A stretch of DNA of 58,933 nucleotides, the filler included, from Dugesia japonica (taxonomy: Eukaryota), in the NCBI GenBank assembly GCA_001938525.1. It is 5 parts of 5 records of this genome, joined end to end, with 100 filler letters (N's around TTAATTAATTAA, not from the genome) between each part and the next. Parts side by side here need not be neighbours in the genome. Positions count along the whole stretch, not along the records: positions 8,917 to 17,134 come from MQRL01300197.1; positions 17,235 to 32,538 come from MQRL01627956.1; 3 more parts are not named here. One strand, given 5' to 3'. The notes under the pieces are model-generated. The model saw nothing but the letters and a program-made list of their open reading frames with translations, had not been told where the DNA came from and ran no database searches. Shown here in pieces: positions 12,511 to 23,896 of this stretch. The translations under genes and the position numbers were made by a program. The stretch's first letter is position 1; the number at the start of each line of letters is the position of its first letter.

Positions 12511-13008
12511 TTATTTTGGCAACGTTGAAAAAGATATGAATTGTTCATTCTCTTTACGTCTTTGTTCCTTATTAATCATTATATCTAATAAACTTCGTGT
12601 GCCTCTCGTATCTTCTAGTTCAATCTGCAATGCAACATTGTAATTTGTAATAGTTTGGATTTCTATTTTATTATTATCAATGATGTTTCTCTGCTGTTGG
12701 ATGATATTCAAGTAATAGTGGTGGGTATTGGTTGCTTCCAATAATAGGCGACGAGCTTCTAATAAAGCCGATTCTGTTGAAACTATTAATGAATTTAAAG
12801 TACCACAATGCTGTTCCCACAATTATTCTGTTGTAATATTTTTATACACTGGTACATCTAAGAGATTTATTTCATTTGCTGCTATAACTGGTGGATGAGG
12901 AAATACTATTTGAGGATTAAGTGACCTGAGAAAATAAATTCTGTTACTTATATTTGACTGTACACTGGAATGAAAGACTAGTCGTAGTAATTGATTAGCT
13001 TCTGCCAT
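12511..13008 (-). pseudogene. ~165-aa accessory ORF with C-terminal coiled coil, one premature stop
   Basis: Track ORFs 12823-13008 and 12511-12822 abut in the same frame across one TAA; heptad-like ALLEARRLLLEA...IELEDTR. Confidence 0.6.
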
Positions 13009-13109
13009 CTACAATATTATTTTTTTTATCAATTTTCTATATTATTTTCATAAATACAAACATATTCTGCATTGATATACTAATAATGTTTTGTGCAATA
13101 GGAGTTTAT

Positions 13110-15498
13110 TCATGTGAACTTGTATTGCGGTGGTCCACCAATATCATTTGACCACCTGATTCCGGCCCTATCGAATGGTAGTTGCTAATTATTATTTTCT
13201 AGGTTTCGCATTGCCACAGGAAGTTTTAATCCTTTATGCTGCCCTCTGAGTCGTTTGACTACTAATATTGTTGCTATTATACAGATTATGCAAAACATTA
13301 TTGAGGTTGTTGCTGCTAAAACATTCGCCTTCTAGTTCTCCATCTTTGATGTATCTATTGGAATTGCTGAGCTTATTTTTATTATTCCCGCATTGTAAAT
13401 TGATGCAATTTTCGTAGCGTTTGGTTTAGGCATATTTTTATTATTTGTTCTAGAAACGCTTCTGGTTTTGGCGTTAAAACATTAACTTCGTCTATTTGTG
13501 GTTCTGCTTGTTTTGTTTCTGCTTCTTTTACCGTTGTTATCTTTTTCGTAGTTAGTTTTTTGTGGTTGGTACCTTGGCTGTAGATGACACATTTTTATAT
13601 TTTATTTGTTGGATTGGTATTTGTCTGTTCTTCATTATAACAAGCTGTACGAATAATTTATTGTTAAATAGTACGAATTCTCTAATTAAACTGCCTCTCT
13701 CGAATCCTGAGCGTTCTACTGCTAATCTGTTCGTTGTATTTAACCATTGTTCAAGAATGTGGATCTGTTTGACTATTAAATTATTTGCATCTAGACTAGT
13801 CCACTCTTTTTTCGCAGTTTTGCTTGAATGTCTTATAAATGTGTTTATTTTCGTTTTCATTGTTATGGATTGCTTTTTTAGTTTCATAATATGTGGTTTG
13901 GTATCCTGCATTCGATATCGTTCAACGTTTATTTCTTGTCCAGAGAAATTCAGGACCATCACATATATTTTGTTGTAATTGAATTTTATTAGTTGTACGA
14001 TTATTATTGTTTCTGCCATTGAACATCCATTGGATTTTCCAATCCTGAATGTCTGCTTGGTTGTGGTAGTATACATATTCCGCTACTGTGTCATTATACT
14101 AGTTTCATATTCATTAGTGGACTTATTGTATTTGCCCACTCTTGTAAACCCTTCGTGGTTATCCCAACTGTCGTTGTTGTATTGGAATTTTACTATTTGT
14201 ACTGGTTCTGAAGCTTACAATTTTATATTCAGTCCTTCTTTGTTGTTTTTGAGTAACTTTCTTGTTTGCGGAGGCAATGCTGATCCACCTGCTATTCGAG
14301 TAAGAAACCATCTACCTGTTGATGCTCAGTATTTTTTAGCACGACTAGATTCTCGTTTTAAATGTTTCATTCGTTCTTCTACACAGTGATGGCAAAGTGT
14401 TTTTCAACATTTGGGTGATATTCGGATATTTTCGAGAAATTTATTATCACATATCGTTCAAGCTCCATTTTCTTGTCTGATTTCGGGATAATTAGCTAAT
14501 AGTTCTAAGTCATTTTGATGTTGATCCCATTCTTTGTCTTGCTTTTCAAATGCATGTTTCTTGTTGGATTTACGAATTTGGGTTTGCATTGTATTCGTTT
14601 CTTTAGTGTTTGATGTCACCTATTGAGTCTCTTGATCTTTGACTTTCTTGTTCTTTATTTCCTTGGAGGTTCTCTTTGGTGGCAATAGGGTTTCCATGCT
14701 CACTTTTTTTAATTTTACATTAATAGATCGTTCTATGCGTATTATTATCTCAGTAGTGCTTTTTAGACCGTTTATACATATTTATTTTGCGTATTTCATA
14801 GTAATTGGTAGTGGTTTGTTGATTGTTGTATCATCATAAAGACATCTTTTCTTTTGTTCATTTGCTTCATGAATTCGTTTAATTTCTTCTCTGACTCCAA
14901 ATGCAGAAGTTTCTAACTTACTTCTGACAGTTATTAGACAGTGGTAACACATTTTCTTTAATTATTTTCTGCTTATTGGCAATGTTGACGGTCGTAATTT
15001 TATATAAACTAGACATTTGATCTGCTTTGACTCAATTGGTTTTTCGGTTTTGTTTTCTTTTTTATTCTGTCGATCTTTGGTTTTCTGTTGAGTTATTGTC
15101 TGGTTGAAACCTGTGGTAATTGGAGTTATAATATTCTTTTTGCTGAAGTCGACTTCTCTGTTTTCTTGAAACTTTGACTGCTTAAAGTTCAGATACCATT
15201 CTGCCTGTTTAAATCCAACCGCTCTAATTTCTTGTCATTTTGCTTGCATAAAATTAGCTGCTTTAACTGTTTCTATTTTGTTGTCATTAGACAGTAAGCA
15301 CAATAATTCTTTATACATTCTTTGTTGATAGGAAGTTGTTTAGGTACTTCGCGGTATCTAAAACATTTATTGTCTTTGGATTGGTGTCTGTTTTTATCCT
15401 GTGTACGGTACAGTTCTCTCCATTATAGAGCTACCGTTGACTCTGATACCATTAATTCCTATCAAAAATAAATATTACCTTGGTAAAAATAAAATTAT
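13110..15498 (-). pseudogene. Degenerate env-like type-I membrane protein (~800 codons)
   Basis: Hydrophobic signal-like IILFLPR*YLFLIGING (15498-15448); Cys-containing ectodomain broken by stops and frameshifts (includes ORF 13552-14076); Thr-rich stalk; TM VLAATTSIMFCIICIIATILVV (13322-13257) followed by KRLR; tail ending GGPPQYKFT*. Lies directly 3' of the integrase. Confidence 0.6.
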
Positions 15499-15609
15499 AC
15501 TGTTCTTTGATCTATTAGTATTTTATTTATTCGTGTGACACCACATTTTTTACAAGAGTTTGTTTCTGATTTTTTGCTGACTTGTAACATACAAATTTTG
15601 TTCTGGCTG

Positions 15610-16890
15610 AGATCTGAGATCGTAATCTTTAACTTCTGTTGGTGATTGAATTCGTATTTCTTGTGGTTTTCGTCCACGTTTTAATCCTTTATACGGCAAT
15701 TTTTGCTCATTCTACGAGTCACTCGATGAGTATTGAGTTGGTTCTGTTCCTTCTAATTCTTGTACTTCTGTTTCTTAGATTTACGTGATGATTTGTTCAT
15801 CTGTCACTTTTGTTAACGCTTCCTTTTTGCATCGATTTACATGAATCCATAGTAGTTTCTGGAGTATTTTACCAACTAATCTGACTTTTATATTGGTTTC
15901 TGTGACTGCTAATACTTCGTAAGGCACTTTACCTAGTTTCCTATCCTTTGCTATCGTTCCGATTTCTATTTCCGGAGTATTAACTAATACTCTATCTTCT
16001 TCCTTGAACGCATGGGGTTTCGCTTTCTTGTCATGATAATCTTTGACACTTTCTTGATAATATTTGATATTTAATCGTGCTTCATTCCAGATCTCCTGCA
16101 TTTCCTCTTTCATTCGAATGATATACTCTTCTTGTTCCATATACTATAATATTGGAGGCTGGTATTCCAAATCGATTAGTAAATTACATTTTCTTTCAAA
16201 AAATGGAGTGTATTTTGTAGCTAAGTGTACTTGTGTTCGATAAAAAATAGTACCAAATGTATAAATTGATCCCAGTCTTTCTGTTTTCTGTCGACATAAC
16301 AATATATCTTATTAATTAAGGTTCAGCTAAATCTTTCTACTAGCCCGTCTATTTGTGAATGATATGGTGATGTTCTCAATTTTAATATTGGAAAATATCT
16401 AATGACTTCTGTAAAAATGTCACTCATGAAATTTCTGCCTTGATCAGTTAGGATTTTCTTAGGTGTACAATATCTGCTTCAAATTTACTTTACAAATATT
16501 TCTGCTATCGTTATGGTTTTTTGATTTTTCATTGGAAATGCTTCAGGGTATTTAGATAGATAATCCATACATACAAGAATGTATGAGCTTCCATCTACAG
16601 TTTCGGGTAATGTTCCGACTACGTCCATCGCCATGATCTCCATCGGTTTAGTTAGTATTGGCATTGGTTTTGATGATGCCTTTTCTAAAGTTCCTGTTCC
16701 TCTTCTGGAAGCGACTATTGACAATGTGCTATCCAATCCTTCACATCTTGAGCGATTCTTGACCAATAGTATTTGCGTCTTAATTTGGCTTCGGTTTTTC
16801 TTGCTGACATATGTCCTCCGACGACTTCATTATGGTATTTTTGTAAAATTCGTTCTCTGTGCAATTTTGGTACAATTATCTCCATTCTGT
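15610..16890 (-). pseudogene. Ty3/Gypsy integrase (zinc-binding, DDE core, GPY/F-like C-terminus), disrupted
   Basis: IVPKLHRERILQKYHNEVVGGHMSARKT..LRRKYYW..IAQDVKDWIAHC; MDVVGTLP...YILVCMDYLSKYPEAFP; PKKILTDQGRNF...TSPYH.Q.DGLVERF; ORF 15781-16140 with VPYEV and WIHVNRCK; in-frame YDLRS at 15624-15610. Confidence 0.93.
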
Positions 16891-17404
16891 GCCATTAACC
16901 GTCCCTTTTTAATTGTGTAACGACATCCATTTTCAGTAAGTGTTCTCTCATTTCTGGGTCACATAGTGATATGTATAATATCAACGATATTATTAACAAT
17001 AGCAATGGTGTTATAATCGATAGTAATATTAGCAATAATAATAATTTTAAATAATCTTATTAATATCTGATACTAATAATACTAATAGTAAGAGTATGAA
17101 TAATAATAATATTAGTAATAATAATAAGAAGAAGNNNNNNNNNNNNNNNNNNNNNNNNNNNNNNNNNNNNNNNNNNNNTTAATTAATTAANNNNNNNNNN
17201 NNNNNNNNNNNNNNNNNNNNNNNNNNNNNNNNNNTATTATTCTTTTATTGATTTGCCACAAAAAAATTCCCCGAATCAATCTGTCTATTTAATTTACCTC
17301 ACACCGACCACTGGCTTAGATTATAGATTGTTAAATGAAGTTGCAGAAAGACCAATTTTTCCTATTCCAAACAATAAAGATTTAGACGATCTCATCAAGA
17401 ATAT

Positions 17405-17450
17405 GCCGCCAGGGACGGGCNGCCCCTGCCCCTCGATATCTGCGCCACTG
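17405..17450. mobile_element. Isolated DNA-transposon terminus (reverse complement CAGTGGCGCAG...)
   Basis: GC-rich ...GCCCCTGCCCCTCGATATCTGCGCCACTG in an AT-rich background; a related left-end-like CAGTGGTGTAGC...GGCGCCCCC at ~24448-24503. Confidence 0.4.
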
Positions 17451-18339
17451 GTGTATATATTTCTCCTTTTCTAGATTTTCATTAATAGATATTATGGTTC
17501 ATATAACAGTCTTCTAACAATAGCGGTAAGGCATAATTATTTTTTACACATTCAAATTCCAATTTACACGTAATTCAAATGGATACATAATAATGTATAA
17601 TTTATAATAAGGTATTGAGATTTGCAAATTTAAAATCAATGATTTGAAATCAAAAAATAATTTTTAAATAAATTTCGAATGTTGGCATTTTATGTCTAAT
17701 GAATGAATAATTTTTTTACTAAAATACCAGAATATGACAAAATCCTCAGAAGAATGTCTTGAATATTGGAATTGTGGTTAGTTTTTTAAAAATATAAATT
17801 TTGGGAGTTATTTCTTTTATTATGCTAAATTCTTTAAATTTACAAAATAGCAATTCTAACCGGTATAATGGAGGATAAGAATCCATATAATAAGTATCAA
17901 TAAAATGCTATTCACAATAAATCCGTAGATCGCAGACATGACAGAAATAGAAAAACAACAATATTCCGCTAAACGTTTACAATGTACACAGTATGTATTG
18001 ATTTACTTTTCAAAATGAACGACTTGAGAGATTGCCAAAGGATCTTTGCACGGGACGTTAAAATATCCGTCCCAAAGAGCAGTGTTATACATGAGAGGTA
18101 TTGAAAATATATTTTAATTTAGATTCAAAGTTACAAAAAAAAATTTCAACAAAAATATAGATTTCATTAATAATAACTTTTACAAATTTCTAAATATAAT
18201 TCTAACTAACCATAACGATTTTTTATATATTCATAAAGATACAAATGCAAAAGAATAACTTACTAATACTATAGAATAATTTTTCTTCAACTGTTCGAAT
18301 TCTTTGATTAAAAAATATACATAGTTTATTTCATATACA

Positions 18340-18613
18340 TAACTGGTATTAACACTAGATATGCGTTTATGATGGTCTCTGAGTTGGTCAATTATAGAAT
18401 TCATTTGTTTTATACATTTATTTGGCACTTGAGTTTTTTCCTGAGATAATTAATCACAAATTTATCGAAGTAAAGAAATTAAGTGATATTTACATTCGAA
18501 TTACTACACTGATGTTTTATCTTTTCAATTATTCTATTGATATGTATTTGTTCGATTTTAAGAAATTGATTGGAATACCATTCAGAAATATTCGTAAATT
18601 CCAATTTGAATTT
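18340..18613 (-). CDS. Two probable exons of an unidentified host gene
   Basis: ttcatag|KFKLEFTNISEWYSNQFLKIEQIHINRIIEKIKHQCSNSN|gtaaat, short AT-rich intron, ctcag|EKTQVPNKCIKQMNSIIDQLRDHHKRISSVNTSY|gtatat; frame is preserved. Boundaries approximate. Confidence 0.45.
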
Positions 18614-19838
18614 CTATGAAAGAAAAATAAAAAATTTAAAAGTAAAACAATGCTTTTACATATCAAAACAGAAATAACAAAGCACTATAATAAGTTCTTC
18701 TTTTTAATATTGAAAGGATTTATCGTCACAAACGATTGTTAGCAAACAAAGATGGATTGTTAAATACACAATTCTACATAGTTTTTATTTGGAATTAGAT
18801 AATGATTAACAATAGAAATTTCTTATCTATGTCGTGAGGTTAAATTACTAAATAATTGTATATGGCGAGGAAAAGTTTATTGGGAGACTCCATTATTATT
18901 AGACAAATCAATTATTTTTCGATATTTTGAGGGTAACTTACTCAATATTGTAAAATTAAAAGCCTATGTGAAACGCTCATGACCGGATATTTCATTGAAC
19001 TGTTACAATATATTATATAAATATTTTAGTAGTATATTTTCTAAAACTAGGTAGGTTGGAGCCCAGTGTAAAGTATTGAATAGTTAAGAGCAGTTACTCA
19101 TAATATTAAATGGCTTCAATTGCATTACTATATATGATATATTATATATGATATTAATATTATGTTAATATAAAAGTTCGTGCGCCGTGTTAAAATAACG
19201 ATTGTTTATGCAAGAATTTGTTCAAAAATAACAACTATTCTTCAAAAATGATCATCATTGTTTACAACTATCTAAGCGAAGCTCAAAATTTATTATTTCA
19301 TAATCAGACATCAAAAACATTAATAAAATTTTATAACACTCTTAAAATTAGATTAAAAAAACAAAAAATATTATATATTGTAACACGTTGCACGAACTTT
19401 TCCCCTCAACTTTTCTCACCTTTATGGAAAGAGAAAATTGTTCATTATTATAAATTTTAGTTATTATTATTTAAACGAATGTTATTAAGAGAACTTTCAA
19501 CTAAGATTTCTTTATTAAAACAAATTGATTTCTTTAATAGCTTTACAAACATTCTCTGAAATTTTCAACATCCAAAATTGCTCTTTTTGCAATTTTCTGA
19601 TTGCTAATTATTACTTAATCAAATTATTCATTAATTTCAATTAATTAAAAAGCACAAATAAGTTTCAATAAATTACTTTATTTAAATATTAATAAATACT
19701 CAAAATAATTTAACATTTAATTCATGAAAATTTCAACAAACATTTTTGATTTACCAAAGAAGTTTGAAATTGCAAAATAATTTATTCTTTATCTTGGAAA
19801 TTTAAACGCTAAAAATATTTTACAAAATCATATAACTA

Positions 19839-20596
19839 CCGTGTTACCCCACTTAGTGTGCGCGCGCACTATAAGTGGAAATTATAAAAATCGACATAAA
19901 AACAAACATTTTGTATTTTTGTCGCTTATAGTGCGCACTCGTCTATATTGCGCATCAAAAATGGATTATTTTAAATGTACAAGTATATGAAAAATTTATT
20001 TATACAGTTAAACCTATGTTGTCTCCATTCGGCATTATTCTCCACGCTGTTATTCTCAAGTTTTTTTCTAAAACATTATTTTAATACTGTATATTTTGCT
20101 TATATTACTGTCTGGTTTTACTATCTTCACGTATGAATCAGCTAGAAACACTTATTAGAAAGTGTTCGTATGGCTTAGATTAAAAAAATGATATTAATAC
20201 ATTAAATTAAAAACAAAATTTATTTTAATTATATAAATCAATGTTTTTTTGAGCGTTTAATATTTAATAAAGCGATTATTAATAAAGAAACATAATATTA
20301 ATTATTTATATTATATTCAATTTTTTTTTATTAAATGTGTATTCAAAGTGGAAAGTATTGTATTTTTATTATTATGTTTTTAATAAGAATAAGTTATTTA
20401 AAAAAATCCCAAGGTTTGATTGGCTGATTTTTTAAAATCTGACTGATTTGTTTAAATATCATACCATCAAAACACGGAACTTTTTATTGAGAAGATTATT
20501 TCAAAAAGTTTTTGTTTTTTGTCCACTTAGAATGCGCGCGCATTAGAAATAAATTATATTATATCCAGATATAGTGCACTAAGTGGGGTAACACGG
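19839..20596. mobile_element. Non-autonomous Tc1/mariner-superfamily (pogo/Tc2-like) MITE, 758 bp
   Basis: Perfect 20-bp TIRs CCGTGTTACCCCACTTAGTG / CACTAAGTGGGGTAACACGG; TA on the left flank and GTA on the right; subterminal GCGCGCGCA motifs. Confidence 0.85.
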
Positions 20597-21484
20597 GTAA
20601 CAATCAAAATACATATCTCAATCAAGTATTTGGGATTTCCAACCGAAATCGATGAATAAAATATTATTAGAAGTTTTAAAGTATTTCATTACGATTTATA
20701 AATTGTATTTTCTGGTGTATTATTTAAAAGTTAAATATTGTTGATACATTTTTTTAAAAAAAACGCAAAAAACAACAGTTTTGTATTTGTGAATTATATT
20801 ATACATTATGGATAAATCTATATTTTTACCATATATTTTAAAAGTAAATAATCTATGCAATGAAAAATATATTTGCCTCCTTGGTGGCCTTAAAATAATA
20901 ACTACTGAGGTTTATAGTGTTTGCGGTATTTCTTTTCCGACACTGATACCCACCATTTCTATTAGAATAAGAAATGCTGAAGCAAAAAAGATTTGGCAAG
21001 CATTTTTAAAATCGAAATAATTCAACAAAAGTGCATTTGTACATCAAACAAAATCAAAAAATTAATGTAATGAGATTTCTTTCAAATCAATGACCAAGGA
21101 AATTTTTCCGGACACATTTCTATATCATTCGTTGGAAATACAAATNTGTTTAATGTTTAAAGGAAGAATCCCGAAAGTCACTCTTTCAAATAAAGAAAAC
21201 CAATAAAATCAATTTTGAATATAAAACACGCGTCTACACAGTAGTTAAAAATTAAACAAAATATTCTGGTAAAAAAAACCCAGTTAAAACGAAAAAAAAT
21301 AAATCTACCAAGTGAACCCGAATGTCCGACAATTCAATAAAATTTGTAAAAAAAAACAACAAAATTTATAATTAAATTGTAACATAAAATATTTCCTGAA
21401 AACTTACGATTTAATTTTTAATATATAGAAAAAAAATAAAAAGTATTGATCAAGAAAAATTTAAAATAAATCTGACTAGCAACC

Positions 21485-21698
21485 TGTTTCAATGTTTTCA
21501 ATCTGTTTTCATAATAACTTCTGTCATGTTTACTATTGAGAATAAGGGACTCTATTTTTCTGTTGAGATTCGCGTTCCACTCATCTAATTTGATGTCGTA
21601 AACTAATGATAATGCGTGCCGCAGTTTAGAGAAACTCGATCGTTCCTTATGACCATTCTTCAAGTAATTACTCAATAATTTCTCATAATAATCAATAT
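21485..21698 (-). CDS. Probable exon of an unidentified host gene (helical, charged)
   Basis: tttag|..IDYYEKLLSNYLKNGHKERSSFSKLRHALSLVYDIKLDEWNANLNRKIESLILNSKHDRSYYENRLKTLKQ|gttgct; core of track ORF 21418-21675. Confidence 0.45.
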
Positions 21699-21976
21699 CT
21701 AAAGTAAATCACATTACAAATCGATTTTCAAAGAAAAGATAAAATGAAAACAATTTAAAAATTATAAATTAATAAAACAAAGATTAAAACAACAAATTAT
21801 TATCAACAAGAAAATGTAAATATTTAATTTAATAAAAACTTTATATGTAAATATATAAAAATATTGTTCAAACACGACGAACGTTTAGAAATGTAATTTG
21901 AATAACTTTGCTGCAAATTATTATTGTTAATACTTTGTGCATAACAAAACTTAAACCCAGACATGATGACCTAACC

Positions 21977-22100
21977 AAGACCCTAAAGATGAAGCAGCTA
22001 TCGAGAAGACAAAGATAAATAGCACCCCGCTTTTCTGGAGTAGCTTTGAAGTTTTTACTATTGCAGAACTCACTAACTGCCATTTTAGTTTTCGTTCAAC
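21977..22100 (-). CDS. Possible exon, frame uncertain
   Basis: GC-elevated segment between attgtag| and |gttagg; open in two frames. Confidence 0.3.
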
Positions 22101-23032
22101 CTACAATACAATGATGATTTTTGACAGATTATCCACAACGTAATTTATTCATTTTTGATGAGAAAAATTTATACATGTTGTTTATAATGTTATTTATAAA
22201 ATAACATTAAACGTATTTAAATATATCCTATTAGAAAACCGTAGAAACAAAGCGAGTGATACTTTTCAATAGATGTGACTTGAATCAGCGAGATTTGATT
22301 TTGTTGCAATAATCTAGAAAAATTTTCAAGCGAGCTTTTCCTAGATAATGGATTCTCCTTGTTTCCTATCCAATTTTAATATTGCCATATCATCATTCAA
22401 TTATACAATAAAACTGCTAAAATAATGAAGAATTTAATAAATAGATATTCTTAATATAATTAAATCAATGAAATATATCCGGTAAAATAATTCATTTTCT
22501 TAAGAGTGAGAAGACTCATTTTTTGAATAAGAAAATCACGTAGCAATCCGATTTAAAATAAAAAAAGTTTAACTTAACACAAATAATAGAGTAAGAACCA
22601 GGTGTCAAAAATATATGTATAGAAAGTGACTGTTATCCGCAGCTTTCAGAATTATGGACTGACCTTTCATTCATGCTTTATATTCAAATACTCAGAGCGT
22701 GCTTCCAGTCGGGTATTTGAACCAGCTGGCATCCTCTCAATGGCCATGATCAGAATAAACTATCATGGTAATCAAATCAGTGCTGTTTCAATTCTAAACT
22801 CCATAGAAAAAAACACGAATAAAGATAAACATTTATTTAAAAAGAATCAATATAAATTTCATTTCAGAAATTAAAATTTTNNNNNNNNNNNNNNNNNNNN
22901 NNNNNNNNNNNNNNNNNNNNNNNNNNNNNNNNNNNNNNNNNNNNNNNNNNNNNNNNNNNNNNNNNNNNNNNNNNNNNNNNNNNNNNNNNNNNNNNNNNNN
23001 NNNNNNNNNNNNNNNNNNNNNNNNNNNNNNNN

Positions 23033-23060
23033 AATATTTCGGCTATGCCTTCTTCAGGAA
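23033..23060 (-). ncRNA. Minimal hammerhead-ribozyme-like core (Penelope-type)
   Basis: Minus strand reads CCTGAAGA-AGGCATAGCC-GAAATATT, i.e. CUGANGA, a GGC/GCC stem II and GAAA. The 3' part falls in the N gap. Confidence 0.45.
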
Positions 23061-23896
23061 CTATTGCTCAATTCATTCTGGTTATAAACGTTTAAATAGA
23101 AACACAATTTAAATATATCTGATTATCTTTAAGGATCAAACTATCTTTTTAAGCAATAAACATAGCTAAAAAGCCAAAGCGATATCACAGAAAAGCTATC
23201 GAGTTCATTTGAAAAGGATAATTAAAAATAATTAAATATCAAACAAAAATTTGATTAATTAATTTAATTAAAAAAATGATTTCTTTAAAATATTCACAGC
23301 TTAAAATATACAAACGGTTTTCCTGATAAAAACTGAAATTCAAAAAATTGAAAGAAAAAAGTGATTTAAGGAATATTTTGATCAGTTTTCACCTTTATTG
23401 AAAAGAATACATAATAAAATGGTGTCAAGCATGAATACAACTCTAAACATTTTGCAAAATGTTATTAGGAATAGTAGAAATGATGGTTTACCTGTAGATG
23501 ATAAATATCAACAAATGATAAATGGTACTTGATCAATAATAACTCATACTATACAAATAATAGAACAAAAACTAATTTAAGTTACAATTAATAAACATAT
23601 CAGAGTAATATAAAAATACCAACAGTCGAACTGAATGAACTAGTTCCAAATTATCAAAAATCAACATTAAAAAGAAGACTTATTATTAACAGATAACTCA
23701 AAATAGTGTCACTAATTTTTATGGAGTGGGGATACTATTTGGAGTTATCCGTTATACCTGATATAATGAAGCTATTATTAACTGTGTGCATCCTGATAAT
23801 CTAACAATAACAACAAATTTAATTAACATATCAAAGATAAGAACTGGAAACATGATGATACATTTGACTCATTGGAATTAACAGATATATTCTAAA

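Larger units (their letters stand above)
8916..16960 (-). mobile_element. Large decayed Ty3/Gypsy-type retroelement, 3' half: integrase, env-like gene, accessory ORFs including TRAF
   Basis: Uniform A-rich minus-strand coding character and co-oriented, similarly decayed ORFs running from the integrase to ~9340. No LTR confidently identified; 5' part (gag/RT) absent from the contig. Confidence 0.7.

Noticed and set aside
13113-13133. PPQYKFT as a TRAF-binding PxQxT motif
   Set aside because: Spacing does not fit PxQxT (position 5 is K); only the PPxY match is supported.
13562-14839. Plus-strand hydrophobic ORFs 13562-13978, 13979-14389, 14639-14839 (also 16579-16920, 11880-12113, 10810-11022)
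   Set aside because: Antisense shadows of the A-rich minus-strand coding sequence; T-richness makes them look hydrophobic.
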